DNA of 64,000 bases. Source: a virus. The translations under genes were made by a program, and so were the position numbers. This document shows positions 40,624 through 49,790 of the stretch, one piece after another. The stretch's first letter is position 1. Every line of letters starts with the position of its first letter. The stretch lies in the IMG/VR virus record IMGVR_UViG_3300025120_010481, positions 15,204 through 79,203 of that record; one strand, given 5' to 3'. The notes under the pieces are model-generated. The model was not told the DNA's origin, did no database searches, and was given only the letters and a program-made list of their open reading frames with translations.

Positions 40624-41251
40624 TTTCGCTCCTTAATACAATTCCACCAAAAGATTCTTTTTTAACTACCAATTTATTAACATCACGCAAATAACTCAAA
40701 TCCATAGAATCTGAAACGCAATAATCAATGTTTCCATCAGTCCCAACAAATATAGACCAAAACGGCTTGTCGGCAACCTGATTCTTAACTTCTTCGACGG
40801 CAATCTTAACGTTGCTATCAGACAATATTTCACTTTCAGTATAGACACAAGAAACTTTTTCTATCTCCTGCCTAACATCTCTAATGTTAAAAAGTTCTGC
40901 AACACCAATAAAAAAGGTATATCTACCAATAACTTTTAATCGCTCCACTCCAGCAACTTCTTCTATCTTGCTTTGCAGGCTGTATGTAATATCAAAATTT
41001 GTAAGACCCACCCAGCAATCCCATCTATTGCTTGGCAAAAAGTAGGAATCTTGCGGGAATACACCTATTGGGGTTTGAACCATTAGCGGAATTGGCACAT
41101 TATTTAATTCCTCAAAATGCCTTCCTTCTTCTTGATCGAAAGGCTCCTCCTGTTCCGGTCTTGTTATTTCAAACAGGAAATTGCTATTTTTTTCTATAAT
41201 CCCAGACTCAATCACATTCCAGCTTTTCCACGTTATTTTCTTGTGATTCAT
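40616..41251 (-). CDS. Hypothetical protein
   Basis: 211 aa ORF. Confidence 0.6.
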   Translation of the reverse strand: MNHKKITWKSWNVIESGIIEKNSNFLFEITRPEQEEPFDQEEGRHFEELNNVPIPLMVQTPIGVFPQDSYFLPSNRWDCWVGLTNFDITYSLQSKIEEVAGVERLKVIGRYTFFIGVAELFNIRDVRQEIEKVSCVYTESEILSDSNVKIAVEEVKNQVADKPFWSIFVGTDGNIDYCVSDSMDLSYLRDVNKLVVKKESFGGIVLRSENG

Positions 41252-41265
41252 TGAACCCCCCAGTA

Positions 41266-41637
41266 TTATTGAAAGTACGGATCGCTTAAAGGTGAAACGA
41301 CAACCGAGTCACCCACGCCCCCTGCGTTCTCAGCAGTTCCAGCGTTCCGCTCTCTAAGTAGTTTGGTTAAAATTAAAAGAATTTGCTCAAATTCTTCTGC
41401 TTTACCAGTCTTTACACACTCTTGTTCCATATCGTTTAGAATGTCGTCAAGTAAATTGGAGTAAGCCATTGAGAAAAACATTCTAGCGAAGTTCTCTATT
41501 CCCTTGCTCCAGTCTGCATTATAACCCATCTCTCCATCTTTGTCAACAAATAAAAGGATAAATGATTCAATATTGTCCATAGACTCGCCTGATTCCTCTT
41601 GCTGCTTGTATTTTTCTATGTCTTCAAATCTATCCAT
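41266..41637 (-). CDS. Hypothetical acidic protein
   Basis: ORF; start MDRF. Confidence 0.6.
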   Translation of the reverse strand: MDRFEDIEKYKQQEESGESMDNIESFILLFVDKDGEMGYNADWSKGIENFARMFFSMAYSNLLDDILNDMEQECVKTGKAEEFEQILLILTKLLRERNAGTAENAGGVGDSVVVSPLSDPYFQ

Positions 41638-41638
41638 T

Positions 41639-42040
41639 TTAAAAACCCCTTGATTTTGATGATAAAACTTCTTGATAAAACTCTTCAATCTCTATACCTG
41701 CATTGTCAATTTCTTGCTCTGTGAAGAAATAACCTGACCTCTCTGAACCTAGAATTACAGGCATGTAAGAGGAGTATACCAATTCAAATACGGGAGTTTT
41801 AAGCTCCAGAGATTCTTTCTGTAACTTTCTAAACCCCCGTATTTCTTTTGGAAGCCAATTGAAATCAACCCTTAAAAACTTATCCGACAACTCTTTGAGC
41901 GTGTCAAACTCGTCTTTCGTGGATATATACTTAGATGGAAAATTCATGTTGTCGTCTAGCAATACCCGAAATCGGTTAGGGTCTGAAATATTAGTTCTTT
42001 TGTCGCACTGTACTACAATAAAAGTTATTTTTAATTTCAT
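41639..42040 (-). CDS. Hypothetical protein
   Basis: 133 aa ORF. Confidence 0.6.
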   Translation of the reverse strand: MKLKITFIVVQCDKRTNISDPNRFRVLLDDNMNFPSKYISTKDEFDTLKELSDKFLRVDFNWLPKEIRGFRKLQKESLELKTPVFELVYSSYMPVILGSERSGYFFTEQEIDNAGIEIEEFYQEVLSSKSRGF

Positions 42041-42063
42041 TCAATTTCTTTCTTGACTTTTAA

Positions 42064-42282
42064 TTACTCTGACTCTTCATTGACTGCTGGCTCTTGATTC
42101 GAACTTCTAATGATTTCATCTATCATCTTTAGCTTTTGCACGTCAACAACGTAGTCACTCAGCAAATCATCAAGTTTAGACACTGAGTTTTCTTCGGGAG
42201 AGCTTAAAATAGCCTGTAGTTTAAATGCCATGCCTCCCAGCCTAGCTTGAATTAAGTTTTTTAAAATTTCAACCATATTCAC
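42064..42282 (-). CDS. Hypothetical protein
   Basis: 72 aa ORF. Confidence 0.55.
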   Translation of the reverse strand: MNMVEILKNLIQARLGGMAFKLQAILSSPEENSVSKLDDLLSDYVVDVQKLKMIDEIIRSSNQEPAVNEESE

Positions 42283-42283
42283 C

Positions 42284-42736
42284 TCACTTTGAAAAAGACC
42301 AAGACAATCCTTGGAAATCTGAACTTAAATCCTGCAACTCCGCAGGTGTAACAATATGATCTTCGTCTCCTAATGTATCAGACATTAACCCCGTAAGGTT
42401 GTCAGCGAGATTACTATACTTACCCTTTAGCCTCTGACCAAAAAAAATCTTAGCAGAATCAGTATAAATATCATTTATTTGCTGTGCTTTCACGTCAGAG
42501 TAGTCTAGAACCCTTTCAGAAAAAACATTATTGAAAACAGCTAAATTCAATCTATCCATATCATCGACAACTTCAGACGATATGCTTGAGACTTTTTCTT
42601 TTATTTCTTCAGAAGGCTCCATAATATCTATAGATGGCTTTGAAGGAATAGTAAAATCAGGAATCCGTTCCTGAATTTGAGACCAAAATAAACCTATGAC
42701 TAACAACGCCAAGCCAATTATAGCTTTAGTCTTCAT
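42284..42736 (-). CDS. Membrane-anchored protein
   Basis: N-terminal TM AIIGLALLVIGLFW. Confidence 0.6.
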   Translation of the reverse strand: MKTKAIIGLALLVIGLFWSQIQERIPDFTIPSKPSIDIMEPSEEIKEKVSSISSEVVDDMDRLNLAVFNNVFSERVLDYSDVKAQQINDIYTDSAKIFFGQRLKGKYSNLADNLTGLMSDTLGDEDHIVTPAELQDLSSDFQGLSWSFSK

Positions 42737-43046
42737 TTGCAATGCCCCCCTTTTTCGTGGGTGCTAACAAAGGAAATACTTTTTCTAATTCTTTGCAGGC
42801 AGCAACGCAACCCGCTTTATCGCAAGAACTCATTAAGTCATCCCACTTAGCTACTAATTGAACTAAGCTATATCCTCCAATATCTTCATTGCTTGAAGCT
42901 GGCAAATCAACATCATTACTATTTGAGAATTGGTTTTTGAACCATTCTAATAGCTGAGAAAAATTCATAGTGCCAGAAAGCAACATATAGATACCAATTC
43001 CTATAATCGCCCATTGGATTAAACTTAAACTTGACAGAAATTCCAT
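42726..43046 (-). CDS. Membrane protein
   Basis: N-terminal TM; C-terminal Cys residues. Confidence 0.6.
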   Translation of the reverse strand: MEFLSSLSLIQWAIIGIGIYMLLSGTMNFSQLLEWFKNQFSNSNDVDLPASSNEDIGGYSLVQLVAKWDDLMSSCDKAGCVAACKELEKVFPLLAPTKKGGIANED

Positions 43047-43057
43047 AGGTTAACTCC

Positions 43058-43246
43058 TTAATTTTCCTCTATCTTGGTTTCACGAATAGTGTCACCAATG
43101 ATCCAAGTAACAACAAGCGTTACTACGCCAATAAGTTGGTCTTGATCAAGTGTCACTCCAAATAGATCGGATGCAACAACTGCCGCCAATCCAACACTTG
43201 CTGCCCAAAAACGACGACTTGTAAGTAGTGATTTTACTTTACTCAT
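43058..43246 (-). CDS. Putative holin (2 TM)
   Basis: 62 aa: LTSRRFW + TM1 + TM2 + IIGD, a pattern common in small phage holins. Confidence 0.6.
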   Translation of the reverse strand: MSKVKSLLTSRRFWAASVGLAAVVASDLFGVTLDQDQLIGVVTLVVTWIIGDTIRETKIEEN

Positions 43247-43254
43247 AACTTCTC

Positions 43255-43650
43255 CTAATTAAAAAACAATCTTTCTAAAAAACCTCTACGCTTTGGATAA
43301 ACATATATCTTAGCGTTCGGTTCGGAATACTCTAAATCTGACTCTACTACCTGTTCTTTTTTCCCATGATAAGGACACTGAGTAATGTGACCATCACCCT
43401 GAATAATTTCGCCAGTACCACCGCAAATACATTTAGCTGGGTCTGGGTCTATACCTTTTGGAATATTAGGTTCTGGCTCAACGCCTAAAACCTGTAACTC
43501 CGCTTCATCAAATGCTTCATTCACTTGTACTATAATAGCATTGATTTCGTCATTTGACATAACATTTTTTGGTAATTGTGGTTTTACTTGATAAAAAACC
43601 ATAAAAGCAATCAAGCCAGTCCCTACCATTAATTTTTTCGAAGTGTTCAT
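43255..43650 (-). CDS. Membrane-anchored protein with CxCxGTG..GDG..CPYH zinc-finger-like motif
   Basis: N-terminal TM; CICGGTGEIIQGDGHITQCPYH. Confidence 0.6.
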   Translation of the reverse strand: MNTSKKLMVGTGLIAFMVFYQVKPQLPKNVMSNDEINAIIVQVNEAFDEAELQVLGVEPEPNIPKGIDPDPAKCICGGTGEIIQGDGHITQCPYHGKKEQVVESDLEYSEPNAKIYVYPKRRGFLERLFFN

Positions 43651-44576
43651 TAAAATACCTCATCTATTGTATAATCAATTTCTCTAGCTGGGAATCCTTC
43701 TACGTTTGAGAATACCCATCCACCACCCTGAGATAACATTCCGCGAGCATCTTTCTCGCGAACCCAGAAACTTCCTTCTGGCTGTCCGTGAACTTTTGGC
43801 CCAAAGTTAAATATGCCCCAACTATTTTGAATAAGGAATAAAGTTTCGTTGAGGCGTTCTCGCGTATCATCACAGGCTATCCATGCCATATCGTGATTCC
43901 AGCCCTTGCTTCGAGCAGCAATTCCGTTTTTGTCTCGCTTAGAGCTAAAACCGTAACCAGAACAAACGCCCAAAGCGTAACCATTTGCTAGTGCATCTCT
44001 AGCCTCTTCAACAGTCCTAATATTAGAAACAGTCTTGACTTGATGTTTTTGAGCTTCGTCACCATAAATTTGGCGAGGTATCATTTTTCTAGCCCCTAGT
44101 TTTGAATTGTAAACAGAAAGGTCTACCATTCCATAATCCTTGCGAATCAAAATCCCCCCTTGCTCGCTGACATATCTAGCAGCACCAGAGCATGTCATCC
44201 CTTGCTCGCTCCAAGGTCTGGACTGATAAATGGCTTCAGTGGCTCCACGAGCAACAAAATCTTCTCTTTGACCATCAATGTCTATCTCAACCGCCCGTGT
44301 AACATCTATAGCGTTGCGTGTAGCGTGAGCCACGCAGTCTCCCGTTGTTTGTGCCTCACTTGGCCCGAATGTAGGGTCAAACTTTAAAAGCGATTTAAAT
44401 GGCAATGAGAGCTTGCCTTCACCAGCACCAAAAAGATCGTGAGCGGCAGCACCAAAAACAGGCATTGGCAATTCACCTAAAAGTTTAGCTGTGTCTTCGT
44501 GATCACAAACACTCCCAATGAAACCACCCCTGTAATGATTTAAAATCTTTCTAGGTGACTTAAAGTTTAAGTCCAT
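43650..44576 (-). CDS. Papain-like (C1) cysteine peptidase
   Basis: QTTGDCVAHA (Q/C), NHDM (H), IQNSWG (N), GSFW. Confidence 0.85.
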   Translation of the reverse strand: MDLNFKSPRKILNHYRGGFIGSVCDHEDTAKLLGELPMPVFGAAAHDLFGAGEGKLSLPFKSLLKFDPTFGPSEAQTTGDCVAHATRNAIDVTRAVEIDIDGQREDFVARGATEAIYQSRPWSEQGMTCSGAARYVSEQGGILIRKDYGMVDLSVYNSKLGARKMIPRQIYGDEAQKHQVKTVSNIRTVEEARDALANGYALGVCSGYGFSSKRDKNGIAARSKGWNHDMAWIACDDTRERLNETLFLIQNSWGIFNFGPKVHGQPEGSFWVREKDARGMLSQGGGWVFSNVEGFPAREIDYTIDEVF

Positions 44577-45615
44577 TTAATAGCTCCTTTGCTGAATTTT
44601 CCCATGTAAATTTATTTGCTGTTTCTATACCTTGTGTGTTTGAGTGTTGACTGGCGGGGCGTTCAAAGTGATTGAGTCTCATGTGTTCTATTAGTGCGTC
44701 CTTTTCTTCCTGCTCAAACGAAGCCCAATAACCTTTACTTCCATCAAAAAACACGCCATCATATGCCCTTTCTCTTTTATTCATATTTATCAAAAACGAA
44801 TTGGCGGGGCTGCAAAACTCGGTGTGAGCAGAGTAATTTGTCGCAATAACGGATTTCCCACAAGCCATCATCTCTAGCAATTCTAAATTCCAACCCTCTG
44901 CTCTTGCTGGGAACACGCCACAATCTACTCTACGCATAATATTATACACATCTTCGTGAGTTTCTTGTCTCGGAATAAACTTTATCTTTTCGCCTAATCT
45001 GGAGTTTTTATAAAGGTTTTTCCACTGATCGTTCATTTTCCCAATAAACGGATTGTCGCACATCATCCATAGCTCTACGTTGTCTTTTGGCTCAAAAGCC
45101 GCGTTAAAACATCGAAGTAAAACATCGTGACCTTTTCGAGTTTCCCATTTTCCGCAATTGAAAAATACTGTTTTATCGTCATTTCTCGAAGGTGCTGGTT
45201 TGAAAATCTCAGTATCTACCCCCAAAGGTACTACATGAATATCTTCTGGGTTTTTAATATTGTTTTCAATCAAAACTTCTTTAGCCCATTTTGAGCAAAC
45301 AAAAAGCCTATCGCAATGCAACATGCTCAACTTTTCTTCATCGCTAAATTCTGTTAGCTCGAAGATGGGAAAGCCAATATGCTCCCCTTTTCCTATGTGG
45401 GCGTGAACATCGTTCTGATGCCACATTTTTACAGATGGAAATAAACTTGTACTTCCTCGATTTCCCAACCCTTTTGCAATATCGTCATCAGTAAATTCTG
45501 GCGTAGAAATAGGGTACAAAGCAGCGGATGGATGAATCTTTATAATCTTTTTAAAAATATTGTATCCAGCTACTCCATACCCCAAGCTATTTATTGGAGC
45601 TTGAAAATTTATCAT
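44560..45615 (-). CDS. Glycosyltransferase family 4
   Basis: LGYG, VPLGVD, GKWETRKGHD, PARAEGWNLELLEMMACG. Confidence 0.9.
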   Translation of the reverse strand: MINFQAPINSLGYGVAGYNIFKKIIKIHPSAALYPISTPEFTDDDIAKGLGNRGSTSLFPSVKMWHQNDVHAHIGKGEHIGFPIFELTEFSDEEKLSMLHCDRLFVCSKWAKEVLIENNIKNPEDIHVVPLGVDTEIFKPAPSRNDDKTVFFNCGKWETRKGHDVLLRCFNAAFEPKDNVELWMMCDNPFIGKMNDQWKNLYKNSRLGEKIKFIPRQETHEDVYNIMRRVDCGVFPARAEGWNLELLEMMACGKSVIATNYSAHTEFCSPANSFLINMNKRERAYDGVFFDGSKGYWASFEQEEKDALIEHMRLNHFERPASQHSNTQGIETANKFTWENSAKELLNGLKL

Positions 45616-45686
45616 TGCGTGCCCTTTGTTTGTTTTGTTATAAGCTAATAGTATTATAACTCAAAGGGTCGCTTAAAGCACATCAA

Positions 45687-46382
45687 TTATACTTCTTTTG
45701 TAATTTTCTTTCGCTCGTAGTTGTCTATGTAGAATCTAACCCTGTCTATGTTAGTTCCATGAATTGGCCCAACTATATACCTGTCGTTAAATCTTTCCAA
45801 AGCCGTACCAAAGCATATAACGCCTATTATTTTACCCTTGTAAAGAATTGGCCCGCCTGAGTCACCCTGTATAGCCCAAGAAAAAATAACGTGACCGTCT
45901 TGGGGGATTGAAGAGCCTGCGTATTTAGCGTTCCAGTGACGCAAGGAACCCGTTGCATATCCACACATTTCCACTTGCTCGCCACATTTTACTTTCTCGT
46001 CAGATATATTGCAAGTTTCCACTACTGGTATTTCGTCAGGTATAAGAGCCTCGATTAACGCGACATCATTATAGTTTTCAAACATGTACATAGAATTGTA
46101 AGCAACTATGCCTCCCTCAGATTTTTTTCCACCTGAGAAAAAGACATTAAACAAAGTACTTTTACCTTTAACGCAATGGCTGGCAGTAAGAATTAAACCA
46201 ATGTAATTTTCCCCAGCATCCTCAATAAATTTTACAACTGTACCAGAGCCTTGGAGTCCGTCACCTTGAAGTAAAACAACTCCCTTTTGATAATCTTTTT
46301 CTGGTGATATATCCCAACTTTGAGCTTGGCAAAACTGAGGAAATAAAACAAAACCTAAAAACAGAAAAAATAGCCTAAACAT
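45687..46382 (-). CDS. Secreted trypsin-like serine protease
   Basis: Signal peptide, LTASHCV, DVAL, QGDSGGP. Confidence 0.88.
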   Translation of the reverse strand: MFRLFFLFLGFVLFPQFCQAQSWDISPEKDYQKGVVLLQGDGLQGSGTVVKFIEDAGENYIGLILTASHCVKGKSTLFNVFFSGGKKSEGGIVAYNSMYMFENYNDVALIEALIPDEIPVVETCNISDEKVKCGEQVEMCGYATGSLRHWNAKYAGSSIPQDGHVIFSWAIQGDSGGPILYKGKIIGVICFGTALERFNDRYIVGPIHGTNIDRVRFYIDNYERKKITKEV

Positions 46383-46471
46383 AATATAACCTTTCTTTGT
46401 AAAACACACCAAAAGATTATACACACTTATTTTAAATATTTAGTTTTATATTTAAATTGACACCCTTTTCA

Positions 46472-47686
46472 TTATACAAACAACTCTTTTATAATTTTTC
46501 CTGAGTTTGCTATCTTCATAGGTCGCCCACCGTTGCTTGTATAAGTGGTCTCCAACGAAATGCCAAGAGCATTACAAATCGACACCATTACATCTTCCGA
46601 AGAGTGGCTTTCTGTTTCTACTTTTGTTCCGTCTTCGTTTGTTGAACCTACAGATATACCACCATTCATACCAGCCCCACCCACAACCACACTCCAGCTT
46701 CTTGCCCAGTGGTCTCGTCCGGCGTTCTGGTTGATTTGTGGTGTTCTACTAAACTCTCCCATCCATATGATAGCCGTGTCGTCAAGCAGTCCTCGCTGCT
46801 CTAGGTCTTCTATTAACGCACTCATGCCTTGGTCTAGCATGGGTAACTTTGTGTCTTTTAATGTTGGAAAAATATTCTGATGGTTGTCCCAGCCGTTTAG
46901 CCCGACCTCGATAAATGGAACGCCAACCTCAACAAGCCTTCTAGCCATTAGACATCCCTTGCCAAAGCTGTTGTCCCCGTATCGTTCCTTAACGGAATCT
47001 GGCTCTACGTCCACCTTCATTGCGTCCATCTCACTACTGGTCAAAACATCAAATGTTTTTCGCAGTATCTTTTGATGTTCTTTAGCGAGAGACCCTCTAT
47101 TGTTTTTTATGAAGTTGTTTTCCATTAAATGTAGGGCTTGTGCCCTTTGACGGAATCTATCATCTATTTTTAAGTCTAGATTTCTAATTCTACCATCGCT
47201 GTTTACCACGAACGGAGAATATTCAGCACCTAAAAATCCACCTCCAGCACTTGGCCCATTAACTGACACAAACTGAGGTATCAAAAGGTCTTCTCTCTCT
47301 AGCTCTTTAGAAAGAATAGCTCCGTAACTTGGGTGAACCATATTTGGATTAGGCACATAGCCTGTGTGCATGTAGTAACGACCCCGCATGTGGTCAGCTT
47401 CACGGGTACTCATGCTTCGCACAATAGCCATGTTGTGCATCTGCTTTGCCATTAGCGGCATATGCTCACAAATTTCTACATCTCCGGTTGTACTTATGGG
47501 CTTGAATGGGCCACCAGTTGGTGCGTCTGGTTTTAAGTCCCATATGTCCATCGTTGACGGGCCACCTCCCATCCAGAGAAGTATGGCCGATTTGCCCTTT
47601 TTCTTTAATTCCTTCTCGTTAGCCTTGAGGGTTTGCGTTAAAGCGGCAAGCCCAGCTAGTGATGATAAAAACTGTCTTCTTTTCAT
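46472..47686 (-). CDS. DUF1501 family protein with Tat signal (abundant in Planctomycetes)
   Basis: MKRRQFL Tat motif, LWMGGGPS.MD.WDLKP, GCLMARRLVE.GV.F, GWDNH, GEFSRTP.IN..GRDHW. Confidence 0.9.
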   Translation of the reverse strand: MKRRQFLSSLAGLAALTQTLKANEKELKKKGKSAILLWMGGGPSTMDIWDLKPDAPTGGPFKPISTTGDVEICEHMPLMAKQMHNMAIVRSMSTREADHMRGRYYMHTGYVPNPNMVHPSYGAILSKELEREDLLIPQFVSVNGPSAGGGFLGAEYSPFVVNSDGRIRNLDLKIDDRFRQRAQALHLMENNFIKNNRGSLAKEHQKILRKTFDVLTSSEMDAMKVDVEPDSVKERYGDNSFGKGCLMARRLVEVGVPFIEVGLNGWDNHQNIFPTLKDTKLPMLDQGMSALIEDLEQRGLLDDTAIIWMGEFSRTPQINQNAGRDHWARSWSVVVGGAGMNGGISVGSTNEDGTKVETESHSSEDVMVSICNALGISLETTYTSNGGRPMKIANSGKIIKELFV

Positions 47687-47704
47687 TTTTCTTGTATCCT
47701 TATC
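47629..47704. repeat. 76-bp imperfect direct repeat, copy 1 (5' end + RBS region of the DUF1501 gene)
   Basis: 70/76 identical to 48378-48453 by manual alignment. Confidence 0.9.
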
Positions 47705-47739
47705 CTGAATATTTTTGCTGTTGTTTTACTTTTACCGTG

Positions 47740-48435
47740 TTACTTGCGATTGTCAGGGTAGCGAAGAAACATGACTAAATCGTCACCGCACTCTGAAAGA
47801 GTAAGTTCACTGACTTCATTCTTTCCCGGTTTCATGTTCGCGATGTCATCGGGAGTTTCAATCTCCCCATTTGGCCCCGCTGAAACCACGCGAATGAATT
47901 TGGATTCTGTTTGATTGATGATTCCGTCTTGGTCAAAATCGACCTGTAACTCAAGTTCATTTCCCCAACCATCCACGATTGTTGGTTCACCAGTTTCGTT
48001 TCGCCCCGTCGCACGCACATAGGGGCCATGCCAGCCAATTTTGTTGACCGGATCGTAGTTTTTAAGTTCGGGGGCGGCTTCTTCCATGTGGGCTGGTGCA
48101 TCCTCTTTGAGGAGATCGTTGATTTCTCTTGGAAGAGCATTTGTCTTGTGTGACAGTGACTCAATAACACCGTCTTCCCCCGCCATCGCTTCACGAACGG
48201 TATTCAGCGTAGCCTGCGTAGCAATTTCGACAGGGCTGTTGGACTCACCAGAAGGCGAGGTGATATCAATATTGTTAAACGTGGTGAATATGAGGGCGGT
48301 CGCGATTAAAATCACCAATACGACTAATAGTTCGAGGAGCGTCAAACCACGTTGATTTAAGTGATGACGCGATCCACGGGTTTGAGTTAAAGCAGCAAGT
48401 CCAGATAGCGATGATAAAAACTGTCTTCTTTTCAT
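47740..48435 (-). CDS. Chimeric protein: duplicated DUF1501 Tat leader fused to a prepilin-type N-terminal cleavage/methylation (pseudopilin GspG-like) protein
   Basis: MKRRQFLSSLSGLAALTQT + QRG|LTLLELLVVLVIL, GWHGPY, DGWGN, VVSAGPNG; GC higher than the flanks. Confidence 0.8.
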   Translation of the reverse strand: MKRRQFLSSLSGLAALTQTRGSRHHLNQRGLTLLELLVVLVILIATALIFTTFNNIDITSPSGESNSPVEIATQATLNTVREAMAGEDGVIESLSHKTNALPREINDLLKEDAPAHMEEAAPELKNYDPVNKIGWHGPYVRATGRNETGEPTIVDGWGNELELQVDFDQDGIINQTESKFIRVVSAGPNGEIETPDDIANMKPGKNEVSELTLSECGDDLVMFLRYPDNRK

Positions 48436-48453
48436 TTTTCGTGTATCCTTATC
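48378..48453. repeat. 76-bp imperfect direct repeat, copy 2
   Basis: See 47629-47704. Confidence 0.9.
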
Positions 48454-48493
48454 TTTATATTCCTGCTTATTTTTTATTTTGTAAATCCGTTAG

Positions 48494-48510
48494 CGTGTCA
48501 AACTGACACA
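48494..48510 (-). promoter_or_regulatory. Candidate bacterial SECIS hairpin
   Basis: UGUGUCA-GUU-UGACACG begins 13 nt after the in-frame UGA at 48526-48524. Confidence 0.45.
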
Positions 48511-48511
48511 A

Positions 48512-49780
48512 TTACCAAGCTCGTCACGACCAATATCTGGCTTTCCATTTAGGCCCCGGAGTTTCGCATTTATGCCTAGCTCTAAATGACTTTCTCCTAG
48601 CTGGATCAGACTTCTTGATTCTCATATTTGGATCGCCAAAGTTAACCTTTACTACGTTACCCTTTTCGTTTTTAACATAAACAGATCGTTTTTTCGGGCC
48701 ATCTGGTGTTAGAAACGGTTTCCCTAGTTTAACTTTTCTACCTTGATATTCTGCTGCTCTTACGGGAACCAAGTTCCTGCCATCCTTTGTGTAAATACCT
48801 TTCCTTTCAAATTCATAAATTTGTCCGGTTTTAAGGTCTTTGTACTTGTACCCAGCCTTGTCTTTACGTAAAAGCTCAAAGTCTTCCTGAGTAATTTTAC
48901 CATCTTTATTTTTGTCTAGAGCTTTCTTCTGCTTGTCTGACATTTTAGCTTTAGATTTTCTAGGATGCCCCTTTGGTAAAAGATCGTTGTCTTGCGTATA
49001 AGCTGCGTTCTTTGGTCTGCCAGTTCTAAGCAGATGAATGAAAGCGTTTACTCTAGCCATAGCCCACCCATCTCTAGACATCTTGGGGGCGTGACTTGTT
49101 GAAAATGCTCCAGCACCTCGACGGTATACGGCTTTGAGCATACCGAGAGTCGCTTTTGATCCCTTGTCCTTGTCGTTATGTTCCTTTGCCTTTTTGGATA
49201 GTCTTTCAGTAGTGTTCTTACTGAAGGTGATTTTACCGCTAGGATTTTTTGCACTGTCTGGCTTGTTCTTTTTCGAGCCTTTTTTCTGGTCTTTTTTTGG
49301 AGCGGGGGTTCTTCTTGGATCACTAGGCTTTGCTTCTGCCTCAAAGAAATCTTTAACAGAATCATATTCTTGATTTTGGGCACGTTTCAATTGGTCTTTA
49401 GTTGGCCTGCCTTCTTTGACTGTCTTAGCAGGCTTATAATCGTCGCCCTCTCTTTGCTTTTTTCGTCTGATGTTTTCCCAAAGTCCCGGCTTTGCCACAG
49501 AAATATCCCATTCTTCTGTTTCTTCTCCCCAATCTTCATACTCTTCTTCGGACGGAACGTAAAAGTTGTCTTCGTTGATCGCCTCTGTGTAGCCATCGTG
49601 AATAACGTCATGGGCAAAAGCAGCAGAGCTTAGAGTTTCCAAGCCTTCTAACGCCTTGGACATGCAGACCGCCATTCTTTGGGAGTTGTCTTTAAACTCT
49701 TGAATTGACTTTTCGTCAGACATACATCTAGACAAAAAGTTTTCCCTTGATTCTCCGTCTTTTTTTGATGGAAGTGGCAT
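48512..49780 (-). CDS. Multidomain basic phage protein (DUF5824-like, EF-hand, C-terminal RARHxC..RYWS(C) domain); UGA at 48524-48526 possibly read as Sec
   Basis: LKAVYRRGAGAF..WAMARVNAF; EF-hand DKNKDGKITQED; KVNFGDPNM..RKSFRARHKC..KARYWS-UGA-RAW-UAA. Confidence 0.7.
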
Positions 49781-49790
49781 TGTTGCTCCT

